From sequence record MG450654.1: a stretch of DNA of 32,000 nucleotides, one strand, 5' to 3'. The DNA comes from Synechococcus phage S-CBWM1. Below, in pieces: positions 8,973-15,680 of this stretch (the stretch's first letter is position 1; every line of letters begins with the position of its first letter). Position numbers and translations under genes: made by a program. The notes beneath the pieces were generated by a model. It was given only the letters and a program-made list of their open reading frames with translations. It had not been told where the DNA came from and ran no database searches.

Positions 8973-9608
8973 ATGCAGATTAGGTTTATTGGAGACGTTC
9001 ACGGAAAGTTTGGGAGATATAGGAAACTGATTGCTCCCGTTGAGAACACCCTCCAGGTTGGGGATTTCGGAGTGGGTTTCCGTAACTTGCATGGGGAGTA
9101 CCTCGCTAATCCCCCGTACGACCAGATGAAGAAAGGCAATCACTTTTTCGTCAGGGGGAATCACGACAATCCCGCAGCATGCAGGAGGCACCCTTTCTGG
9201 ATTAGGGACGGAGACCTAGCCTTTGACGGTAGGGTTTTCTGCGTTGGCGGAGCTGAGAGCATTGACAAAGGGTGTCGCACCGAAGGTTGTGACTGGTGGG
9301 CTGACGAAGAATTAACATACAGGGAACTGTGCATTGTTTTGGATCTCTATGAGATGGCGAAACCTAGAGTTGTCGTTACCCATGACGCCCCTCAGATTCT
9401 CCTAACAACCTTGTACGGGAATGGAAGATTGCACACTCCAGCTACCGGGTGCGGGCAGAGAACGAGAGCAATGCTAGACAATATGCTTGAGATCCACCGT
9501 CCGGAGATCTTCATCCACGGCCATTGGCACCAGAGATGGGAAATGGACATCAAGGGGACGAGATTCATAGGGTTGGCGGAACTTGACCACATTGACCTGG
9601 ATGTGTGA
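8973..9608 (+). CDS. calcineurin-like metallophosphoesterase
   Basis: IRFIGDVHGKF, LQVGDFG, VRGNHDNP, VVTHDAP, IFIHGHWHQ motifs. Start 8973 rather than 8949, since 8945-8950 is a putative -10 box. Confidence 0.85.
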   Translation: MQIRFIGDVHGKFGRYRKLIAPVENTLQVGDFGVGFRNLHGEYLANPPYDQMKKGNHFFVRGNHDNPAACRRHPFWIRDGDLAFDGRVFCVGGAESIDKGCRTEGCDWWADEELTYRELCIVLDLYEMAKPRVVVTHDAPQILLTTLYGNGRLHTPATGCGQRTRAMLDNMLEIHRPEIFIHGHWHQRWEMDIKGTRFIGLAELDHIDLDV

Positions 9609-9620
9609 ATTGTTGTGTTG

Positions 9621-9687
9621 GGCGGGAAACCGCCCTGTTTTGGGCGGGTCTACCCCCTTTTCGCTCGGAACGTAAAGGCGGTATAGT
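9621..9687 (+). promoter_or_regulatory. promoter cassette C
   Basis: GGGCGGGAAACCGCCC hairpin, TTTCGC(9659) - 17 - TATAGT(9682). Confidence 0.55.
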
Positions 9688-9710
9688 GGTTATACGAATT
9701 GGAGCGCTCT

Positions 9711-10457
9711 GTGTTTGAATTTTATTCGGTTGGTGGGATTGTTCGAGATGATCTTCTCGGTCGCCCGAGCGCCGATCTGGACGTTTGTGCTGTCCCAGTA
9801 GAAGCCGGTACCCTCTCCACAGTCACGCTCTTTAAGTACCTTTCGGACCATGTGCGGGATCTGGGGTTTGCAGTCTTCGACGAACAGCTGCAGTTCTTCA
9901 CGATTCGGGGAACCCACTCCGGGGACGTGAAGGGGTTTGAGGGTTTCCCGCAAGTGGATTTTGTCATGGCGAGGAAAGACGGCCCATCCTCTGACGGCAG
10001 GCACCCGGATTATGTCCTCCCAGGGACTTTGCTGGACGACCTTTCCCGCAGAGACTTCACAGTCAACGCGATGGCGAGGAACTTCCAGACTGGGGAGCTG
10101 GTAGATCCTTTCGGAGGAGCAGAGGACCTGAGAGCAGGGATTATTAAGTTTGTCGGGGACCCAATCCAGAGAATCAAGGAGGATGGCCTGCGAGTTATGA
10201 GGGCGCTTCGCTTCTGCGTTACCCACAACATGAAGCTCCACCCTGATACCAGGGCGGCGATAGATTCTGATGTTGCTATCGGAATGCTCCTCCGAGTGAA
10301 TCCGAACCGGATCTTCAACGAGGTGAAGAAGATGTTTGACGCCGACTTCATTGCGGCAATGGACTTCTTAGCAGGAGAAAGCGACCAGCATAAAGTTGCG
10401 ATCTTCCGGGATAACCTCCGGATCACCCCTTCCATGAAGAAGGCACCTGGCCAATAG
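9711..10457 (+). CDS. tRNA nucleotidyltransferase / polyA-polymerase head domain (CCA-adding enzyme-like)
   Basis: YSVGGIVRDDLLGRPSADLDVC, DDLSRRDFTVNAMA, GGAEDLRAGIIKFVGDPIQRIKEDGLRVMRALRF. GTG 9711 has GGAG upstream; TTG 9699 is the alternative. Confidence 0.85.
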   Translation: MFEFYSVGGIVRDDLLGRPSADLDVCAVPVEAGTLSTVTLFKYLSDHVRDLGFAVFDEQLQFFTIRGTHSGDVKGFEGFPQVDFVMARKDGPSSDGRHPDYVLPGTLLDDLSRRDFTVNAMARNFQTGELVDPFGGAEDLRAGIIKFVGDPIQRIKEDGLRVMRALRFCVTHNMKLHPDTRAAIDSDVAIGMLLRVNPNRIFNEVKKMFDADFIAAMDFLAGESDQHKVAIFRDNLRITPSMKKAPGQ

Positions 10458-10514
10458 GCCATGGGACAGTTTCGAATCTTTCACATAGGTCAGGGGGTCA
10501 GCCCTCGGGAAATT
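10458..10514 (-). repeat. inverted copy of dispersed repeat R1
   Basis: CCATGGGACAGTTTCGAATCTTTCACATAGGT... is the reverse complement of 26541-26572. Confidence 0.85.
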
Positions 10515-10575
10515 TTCCTCCATCGGTTTACCCCTCCCAGCCAGCCCCAAAATACCCTCAGTTACCGAACCCGCC

Positions 10576-10722
10576 ATGCAAACCTGGAATGTCTTCACGA
10601 GCTCTGATGTCGCATTAGCCTTCCTAGGCTTTTCCGGCCTCATTGCTGTCGTAGCCGTTCTTGCCACTGCTTTCCGCAATGTCGAGAAGCGCGAAAACCA
10701 GGTGAAAGGTCGCTCGATGTGA
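10576..10722 (+). CDS. small single-TM protein (48 aa)
   Basis: MQTWNVFTSSDVALAFLGFSGLIAVVAVLATAFRNVEKRENQVKGRSM*; not in the ORF track because of its size. Confidence 0.45.
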   Translation: MQTWNVFTSSDVALAFLGFSGLIAVVAVLATAFRNVEKRENQVKGRSM

Positions 10723-10803
10723 CTTTACTGCTATCCGCTTTAGGTAGCATACAGGTGTGACTAACCAGTCCACTAATCCAGAAAAACAAGGGTAAAACCA
10801 TTT

Positions 10804-10977
10804 ATGCAAAATTTCGTCCGACAACTCTTTATCGAAATGCTCTCGTTGGATTATCCGGCGACGAACGAGATTGCCTTGACATCTGATCTTGAGGATCTCA
10901 TTTTGAAATCCGTCCGAGAAGATTCACCAATCAGCGTCCCCCATATCCATCAATCATTCGGTCTTCCTTCCCCGTGA
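10804..10977 (+). CDS. small hypothetical protein (57 aa)
   Basis: MQNFVRQLFIEMLSLDYPATNEIALTSDLEDLILKSVREDSPISVPHIHQSFGLPSP*; preceded by GGGTAAAA. Confidence 0.45.
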   Translation: MQNFVRQLFIEMLSLDYPATNEIALTSDLEDLILKSVREDSPISVPHIHQSFGLPSP

Positions 10978-11000
10978 GTTAGTTCTTTGAACTAACGCTT

Positions 11001-11035
11001 AGCGGGGTCTGGACTAGTTCCTACCCCGCTTTTTA
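11001..11035 (+). terminator. intrinsic terminator before the tRNA array
   Basis: AGCGGGGT...ACCCCGCTTTTTA. Confidence 0.8.
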
Positions 11036-11044
11036 TTGTCCATT

Positions 11045-11119
11045 GCCTCATTAGCTCAGTCTGGAGAGAGCTGCTCCCTTCTAAGGAGATGGTCGCGAGT
11101 TCGAATCTTGCATGAGGCG
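11045..11119 (+). tRNA. tRNA-Arg(TCT)
   Basis: GCCTCAT/ATGAGGC acceptor, loop CTTCTAA, T-arm GCGAG-TTCGAAT-CTTGC. Confidence 0.9.
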
Positions 11120-11169
11120 CTTGGTCCCACTGAGGGGCCGACCACAACCCCCGGGATGGGCCTGGGGAG

Positions 11170-11226
11170 GGGCGGTAAACCGCCCTTTACAGAATGGGCG
11201 TTCCGCCCTAAGCTGACTTTGGTCAG
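11170..11226 (+). promoter_or_regulatory. promoter cassette D (inside the tRNA array)
   Basis: GGGCGGTAAACCGCCC, TTTACA(11186) - 17 - TAAGCT(11209), dyad CTGACtttgGTCAG. Confidence 0.7.
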
Positions 11227-11299
11227 GTGGGGGCTGTGTTAAGAGCTCAGCCCCGGAAGTTCAGTCTTCTTCACCGGACGAACCTAGACAATTTATTCC

Positions 11300-11373
11300 G
11301 CCCTCGTAGCTAAGTTGGTAAAGCAGCTGGCTCTTAACCAGAAGACTCACAGGTTCGAATCCTGTCGAGGGCA
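11300..11373 (+). tRNA. tRNA-Lys(CTT)
   Basis: GCCCTCG/CGAGGGC, loop CTCTTAA. Confidence 0.9.
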
Positions 11374-11458
11374 TTCTCCTCTAGGGGAGAGAAACTCTTG
11401 CGCACTGAGCCAGAGCGGTCACGAATGTGACAAGCAGGTTTGGTAGGCGGAGAGATTT

Positions 11459-11546
11459 GGGTGAGTGTCTACTGTTGGTACGTAGTGTCAGTCTGTAAAA
11501 CTGAAGTGGTTTTTTAGCCTCGGGGGTTCAATTCCCTCCTCACCCA
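11459..11546 (+). tRNA. tRNA-Tyr(GTA)
   Basis: GGGTGAG/CTCACCC, loop CTGTAAA, long variable region. Confidence 0.85.
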
Positions 11547-11572
11547 CTTCTTCCTCACGGAAGAATCGCACA

Positions 11573-11646
11573 CGAGACGTAGCATAATTGGTTAATGCCT
11601 CCGGTTGTGACCCGGGGAAATGCGGATTCGAATTCCGTCGTCTCGA
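11573..11646 (+). tRNA. tRNA-His(GTG)
   Basis: CGAGACG/CGTCTCG, loop TTGTGAC, T-arm GCGGA-TTCGAAT-TCCGT. Confidence 0.85.
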
Positions 11647-11649
11647 CTT

Positions 11650-11721
11650 GGGTTGCTAACTCAACGGTAGAGTAGCTGGCTTTTAACCAGTAAGTTCAGG
11701 GTTCGAATCCCTGGCAACCCA
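11650..11721 (+). tRNA. tRNA-Lys(TTT)
   Basis: GGGTTGC/GCAACCC, loop CTTTTAA. Confidence 0.9.
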
Positions 11722-11920
11722 TCACCAAGGGCAACATAGTTGACTCCGTTAATGCGGATGACACGCCGTTGTTCTTGGTCCAGTACAGTGCACCTCTGCT
11801 GGCGTTGGAGATTACGTTAAAGACCCGTCACTAGCCTGTATCCGACGTTAACATAAGGGCGAGAGTTGGGGTCGCGCCCCAACCTGCGCGGGTTTTGGGG
11901 GCTACCCAAATCCGCCGAAC

Positions 11921-11992
11921 GGGGAGGTAGCAAAATGGTAATGCACCTGCTTTGCAAGCAGGCGATTAGGGGTTCGAGCCCCCTCTTCTCCA
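11921..11992 (+). tRNA. tRNA-Ala(TGC)
   Basis: GGGGAGG/CTTCTCC, CCTGC-TTTGCAA-GCAGG. Confidence 0.9.
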
Positions 11993-12037
11993 TTGGGTAG
12001 AAATCACCCGAAACCCCTATGGAGCTCCATGGGTATT

Positions 12038-12110
12038 GGTCCCGTAACTCAGCGGTAAGAGTGCCTGTCTGTCTAACAGGAAGTCGCCAGTTCGAATCTG
12101 GTCGGGATCG
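12038..12110 (+). tRNA. tRNA-Asp(GTC)
   Basis: GGTCCCG/CGGGATC, CCTGT-CTGTCTA-ACAGG. Confidence 0.9.
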
Positions 12111-12141
12111 TGAGAGAGTGATTTATCATTCTCGCCAATTT

Positions 12142-12212
12142 GCCCGGTTAGTGTAACGGTAGCACGAGAGCCTCCAAAACTCTTTGTAAGGGTTCAAATC
12201 CTTTACCGGGTG
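12142..12212 (+). tRNA. tRNA-Trp(CCA) copy 1
   Basis: GCCCGGT/ACCGGGT, loop CTCCAAA; one mismatch at the top of the anticodon stem. Confidence 0.8.
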
Positions 12213-12319
12213 CTTGCGATAAGTTTCTCGTCGCTTAAAACCACCTCTCGCATGAATGTGGTGCAGAAACTAGGTGAGGGGTCCGAATACCCATGAAGAA
12301 AGGCACCTTTCTTCTAAAT

Positions 12320-12395
12320 GCTCCAGTAGACAAATTGGTAAAGTCGCCTCTCTTTCAAAGAGGACATTTTGCGAGTTCGAGGCTCGTCTGGAGTT
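12320..12395 (+). tRNA. tRNA-Glu(TTC) copy 1
   Basis: GCTCCAG/CTGGAGT, CCTCT-CTTTCAA-AGAGG. Confidence 0.85.
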
Positions 12396-12445
12396 CTTGT
12401 CCGAAATGACATTAAACTACCCTGCCCACCAACAGGTGGGTGCTT

Positions 12446-12527
12446 GGAAGATATGCCAGCGGCCTGGCGCTCTGTCTTGAAAACAGATACACGTGAAAGC
12501 GTGGGGGATCGGCACCTCTATCTTCCG
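12446..12527 (+). tRNA. tRNA-Ser(TGA), divergent
   Basis: GGAAGAT/ATCTTCC, TCTGT-CTTGAAA-ACAGA, variable arm CACG-TGAAAG-CGTG; T-loop ATCGGCA is non-canonical. Confidence 0.65.
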
Positions 12528-12549
12528 TTGTTTCTTCCTTAGAAACCGT

Positions 12550-12622
12550 GCCTCTGTAGCACAACTGATAGTGCACTTGCCTTGTAAGCAAGGGGTTGCA
12601 GGTTTGAATCCTGTCAGAGGCT
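12550..12622 (+). tRNA. tRNA-Thr(TGT)
   Basis: GCCTCTG/CAGAGGC, CTTGC-CTTGTAA-GCAAG. Confidence 0.9.
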
Positions 12623-12656
12623 CTTGTCCGAAAATGACTTAAAACTAGTCCCACAT

Positions 12657-12730
12657 TCTAGGATAGGCAAATTGGTAAAGCCGCGAAGCTCTGAACTTCG
12701 TGTTTGCAGGTTCGAAGCCTGCTCCTAGAC
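12657..12730 (+). tRNA. tRNA-Gln(CTG)
   Basis: TCTAGGA/TCCTAGA, CGAAG-CTCTGAA-CTTCG. Confidence 0.9.
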
Positions 12731-12734
12731 CCAA

Positions 12735-12805
12735 TCCCCTTTCGTCTAACGGCAGGACAGCGGGCTTTGAATCCGTCAATGTAGGTTCGAGCCCTACAGG
12801 GGGAA
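12735..12805 (+). tRNA. tRNA-Gln(TTG)
   Basis: TCCCCTT/AGGGGGA, loop CTTTGAA. Confidence 0.85.
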
Positions 12806-12843
12806 TTTGTTCGATTTCCTGTCCTTTCAGTCGAAGTCGAACG

Positions 12844-12910
12844 AGGGCGGCTTACCGCCCGTTTCCGACGGGAAACCCCCCTTTACTTTGGGTGGCCTCC
12901 ACGGTATATT
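12844..12910 (+). promoter_or_regulatory. promoter cassette E (inside the tRNA array)
   Basis: GGGCGGCTTACCGCCC hairpin, TTTACT(12882) - 17 - TATATT(12905). Confidence 0.65.
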
Positions 12911-12951
12911 TAGTTCATGGGTGAGGGGGCTGTGGCCTACCTTCCAACTAC

Positions 12952-13023
12952 CCCCGATTAGTTCAGTGGGAGAACGCTCGCCCGATTAGCGAGATGTCGG
13001 CAGTTCGAATCTGTCATCGGGGA
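12952..13023 (+). tRNA. tRNA-Ile(GAT)
   Basis: CCCCGAT/ATCGGGG, CTCGC-CCGATTA-GCGAG. Confidence 0.9.
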
Positions 13024-13052
13024 CTATCTTCTAACGAAGATATGATTAACGA

Positions 13053-13127
13053 CCGGGTGTAGCTCAGTTTGGCCAGAGCATTCCGTTTGGGGCGGAGGGG
13101 CCAGAGGTTCAAATCCTCTCACTCGGA
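13053..13127 (+). tRNA. tRNA-Pro(TGG)
   Basis: CCGGGTG/CACTCGG, TTCCG-TTTGGGG-CGGAG. Confidence 0.85.
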
Positions 13128-13207
13128 TTGGTTTTCGCAAGAAAACCGGGCAAAGGGAGTTCCTTTTACATTCTTTTTTGGCGAAACTTACTCCCCGCCC
13201 AACACAA

Positions 13208-13280
13208 TGCCCAGAGGACGAACGGTATAGTCGCCATCCTCTCAAGATGGAAGAAGCGGGGTCAGCACCCGTCTGGGCAA
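13208..13280 (+). tRNA. tRNA-Glu(CTC), atypical T-loop
   Basis: TGCCCAG/CTGGGCA, CCATC-CTCTCAA-GATGG, T-loop GTCAGCA. Confidence 0.75.
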
Positions 13281-13304
13281 TCCTGCCGCTCGTCGGCAGG
13301 GCGC

Positions 13305-13378
13305 GGTGCGTTGGACAAGCGGTCTAAGTCGCCAGCCTTTCAAGCTGGTTATCACGGGTTCGAATCCCGTACGCACTA
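13305..13378 (+). tRNA. tRNA-Glu(TTC) copy 2
   Basis: GGTGCGT/ACGCACT, CCAGC-CTTTCAA-GCTGG. Confidence 0.85.
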
Positions 13379-13417
13379 CTTGGGATCCTGCGCCTTGTCG
13401 CTGGTTCCCTAAACCCA

Positions 13418-13490
13418 TGCAGGGTAGTGAAGTGGTCATCACCCTAGGCTCATACCCTAGAGATCGGTTGTTCGAATCAACCCCCTGCTC
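13418..13490 (+). tRNA. tRNA-Met(CAT) copy 1, possible initiator
   Basis: TGCAGGG/CCCTGCT with T1xT72 mismatch, CTAGG-CTCATAC-CCTAG, T-arm GGTTG-TTCGAAT-CAACC. Confidence 0.75.
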
Positions 13491-13492
13491 CC

Positions 13493-13564
13493 GCCCCCTT
13501 AGCTCAGTGACAGAGCGATTCTCTTACAAGGAATATGTCGAAAGTTTGATTCTTTCAGGGGGCA
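13493..13564 (+). tRNA. tRNA-Val(TAC)
   Basis: GCCCCCT/AGGGGGC, ATTCT-CTTACAA-GGAAT. Confidence 0.85.
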
Positions 13565-13597
13565 TTGCCACTTTGTCAACTGCGGCTGGTGGTTTAT

Positions 13598-13671
13598 GGG
13601 GGCGTAGCTCAGTCTGGTAGAGCACTTGGTTGAAGCCCAAGGTGTCGTCCGTTCAACTCGGACCGTTCCCA
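13598..13671 (+). tRNA. tRNA-Phe(GAA)
   Basis: GGGGGCG/CGTTCCC, CTTGG-TTGAAGC-CCAAG. Confidence 0.85.
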
Positions 13672-13704
13672 TTCTTCCCATCGGGAAGTGACGACAACAA
13701 GTTT

Positions 13705-13778
13705 GCTCAATTAGCTCAGCGGATGAGAGCGCCTGACTACGAATCAGGAGGTCACAGGTTCGAATCCTGTATTGGGCG
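13705..13778 (+). tRNA. tRNA-Arg(ACG)
   Basis: GCTCAAT/ATTGGGC, CCTGA-CTACGAA-TCAGG. Confidence 0.9.
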
Positions 13779-13809
13779 TTCCCTTCACAGGGATGTTTCC
13801 ACAGGAAAC

Positions 13810-13883
13810 GCGAATATAGCTCAGTCTGGTAGAGCGTCTCGTTGCCATCGAGAAGGTCGTCGGTTCGAAGCCGTCTATTCACT
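13810..13883 (+). tRNA. tRNA-Gly(GCC)
   Basis: GCGAATA/TATTCAC with one C2xA71 mismatch, TCTCG-TTGCCAT-CGAGA. Confidence 0.8.
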
Positions 13884-13905
13884 TTTGTTCCTGTCCGAAC
13901 AAATT

Positions 13906-13995
13906 GGAAAGGTGGCCGAGTGGTTTAAGGCAGCTGTTTGCTAAACAGCCGTGTCAAGTAATTGGCACCGGGAGTTCGAATCTTCCCTCTTTCCT
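13906..13995 (+). tRNA. tRNA-Ser(GCT)
   Basis: GGAAAGG/TCTTTCC, GCTGT-TTGCTAA-ACAGC, long variable arm. Confidence 0.9.
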
Positions 13996-14036
13996 TTTCC
14001 TGGTTTACATACCAGACACAATCGCATAATAATCGC

Positions 14037-14609
14037 ATGCGAACTTACAAACACCACCTATACCCTAGGTATATGGCCAAGAAGGGAGAAATCCCACCTT
14101 GGGGTGATCCAGACCTCGTCGTAGAAGTCTCCTTCACCCAACACCTTATGTTTCATTGGTGCAATTATCAACTCTGGGGGAACCTTGAGGATAAAGCTGC
14201 CCATGCTTTTATGAGAGGTTGTGGGGAAGAAGGGCAGTTAGCTGCTTCCAAGCTGGCTACTGAAGTTAGATTGGCTAAAATAGCATCTGATCCTGAGTTT
14301 GCTGATAAAGTTAGAGAGAACGTCCGGGAAATGTCTAAACTCTTCCAGGCTAAACGGAAGAACGACCCTGAGTTTAGGGAGAAGATGAGGGAGATTTCCC
14401 TTTCCGCAGGCGTTGCTGGTCGCATCGCTGCTCTTTCCACTGAATCTAGAGCCAAAAGGCTTGAGACTTTTAAGGAGAACAAACATCAGCAAGGAACCAG
14501 AAACAGCCAATATGGCACTATGTGGGTCACTGATGGGGAAACTAACCGGAAGATCAAGAAGGGGGAGCCTATTCCCGAAGGCTTCCGTGCAGGGAGGGTC
14601 TACAAATAA
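14037..14609 (+). CDS. putative homing-endonuclease-related protein
   Basis: C-terminal YGTMWVTDGETNRKIKKGEPIPEGFRAGRVYK resembles C-termini of phage HNH/homing endonucleases; lies between tRNA genes. No HNH core recognised. Confidence 0.5.
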   Translation: MRTYKHHLYPRYMAKKGEIPPWGDPDLVVEVSFTQHLMFHWCNYQLWGNLEDKAAHAFMRGCGEEGQLAASKLATEVRLAKIASDPEFADKVRENVREMSKLFQAKRKNDPEFREKMREISLSAGVAGRIAALSTESRAKRLETFKENKHQQGTRNSQYGTMWVTDGETNRKIKKGEPIPEGFRAGRVYK

Positions 14610-14626
14610 AGGTTATGATAGTTCAC

Positions 14627-14698
14627 GCCCGATTAGCTCATTGGGAGAGCGCTTCCTTGACACGGAAGAGGTAGTGGGATCGTTCCCCACATTGGGCA
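14627..14698 (+). tRNA. tRNA-Val(GAC), atypical T-loop
   Basis: GCCCGAT/ATTGGGC, CTTCC-TTGACAC-GGAAG, T-loop ATCGTTC. Confidence 0.75.
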
Positions 14699-14732
14699 TC
14701 TTCTCCATTGAGAAAACTTGAGAATCCCGAAA

Positions 14733-15080
14733 ATGAATGAGACCAGGCAATACGTCGTCGTTAGGAAGGAGGGCCTCTCCCCTGAACAGCAAGGTGTCCA
14801 AGCAATGCATGCCGCTGTAGTCGCGGAGTACGAGGGTGGGAGCGTCATTTTCCCCAACCCCTACCGCCGCACCTTTATCGTCCTAGAAGTCCGGAACAAG
14901 TTCCGACTATTACTGGTGAAGTTGTGGCTCTGGGTTCATCAAATCCCGACTTACGATTTCCACGAACCAGACTACAACCTCGGCCTGACAGCAACCTCCT
15001 TCTTCCTTCGCCCAGGCGAATTTCAACTCCTTGGGGGGTTGAATTTGTGGAAGGCCAATTCTACCTCGGAAAACAAATGA
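14733..15080 (+). CDS. PTH2-like peptidyl-tRNA hydrolase
   Basis: YVVVRKEGLSPEQQGVQAMHAAV...TFIVLEVRNKFRL...FHEPDYNLGLTATSF resembles the PTH2 fold motifs. Confidence 0.6.
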   Translation: MNETRQYVVVRKEGLSPEQQGVQAMHAAVVAEYEGGSVIFPNPYRRTFIVLEVRNKFRLLLVKLWLWVHQIPTYDFHEPDYNLGLTATSFFLRPGEFQLLGGLNLWKANSTSENK

Positions 15081-15556
15081 CTGCCCCTGAACAAGAAGAA
15101 TTCACAATCTCCCAATTTACCAAAGAAGTGCGAGATGGGAGCGCAGGGGAAAATTGCTGCATCTATGTTGACCTAGTCTTCCAAATCCTGGTAGAGGATG
15201 TAGACTTCAACCCATTTGTTAACCTTGTTGACGGAGAGGATTACTGGAAGATTGGGGGATTCCTATCACTAGATGAAGTGGAGGCTTATGAGAATAGGGA
15301 GCTTCCGATTTCTCCCGATGATTTCCCAACTTTCATGGAAGAGGGAGTTGCCATGAAGAAGATAATCTTCGTCCACAAGGATTACGTCCTCCCTCTATAC
15401 TCATTTCTGGAGAAGACTGAGGATGGGTCGGTCCGGTTCCGCGAATACTTCAAGAACGACCGGATTGTCCAAGAAACCCTCGATGCTATCAATAAGACCA
15501 AAAGCCTTCACGAACTGCACAGGCTTCTGTCCATCCTCTCATTCTGCTGGGACTGA
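15077..15556 (+). CDS. hypothetical protein
   Basis: ATG 15077 overlaps upstream TGA; part of ORF 14924..15556. Confidence 0.65.
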   Translation: MTAPEQEEFTISQFTKEVRDGSAGENCCIYVDLVFQILVEDVDFNPFVNLVDGEDYWKIGGFLSLDEVEAYENRELPISPDDFPTFMEEGVAMKKIIFVHKDYVLPLYSFLEKTEDGSVRFREYFKNDRIVQETLDAINKTKSLHELHRLLSILSFCWD

Positions 15557-15680
15557 CGAGGGGGCTTTACTGCCTCCCCCCAGCCCTAAGCTACTTGTGG
15601 CTCCTTTGTGGGCCTAAGGTAAAGGGGGTTCCTTGACCCAACTACAAATACAAAATACCCCCCACCTACAAACCAGAAAA

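Noticed and set aside
11036-13944. ORFs within the tRNA array (11036-11242, 12274-12480, 13128-13412, 13306-13620, 13630-13944, antisense 13499-13882)
   Set aside because: They translate through several folded tRNA genes; sequences such as GFEPVITSLK... or RIRTCDLLIRSQAL are classic tRNA-antisense artefacts.
13888-13995. Start of ORF 13962-14609 at 13962
   Set aside because: It lies inside tRNA-Ser(GCT); ATG 14037 was taken instead.
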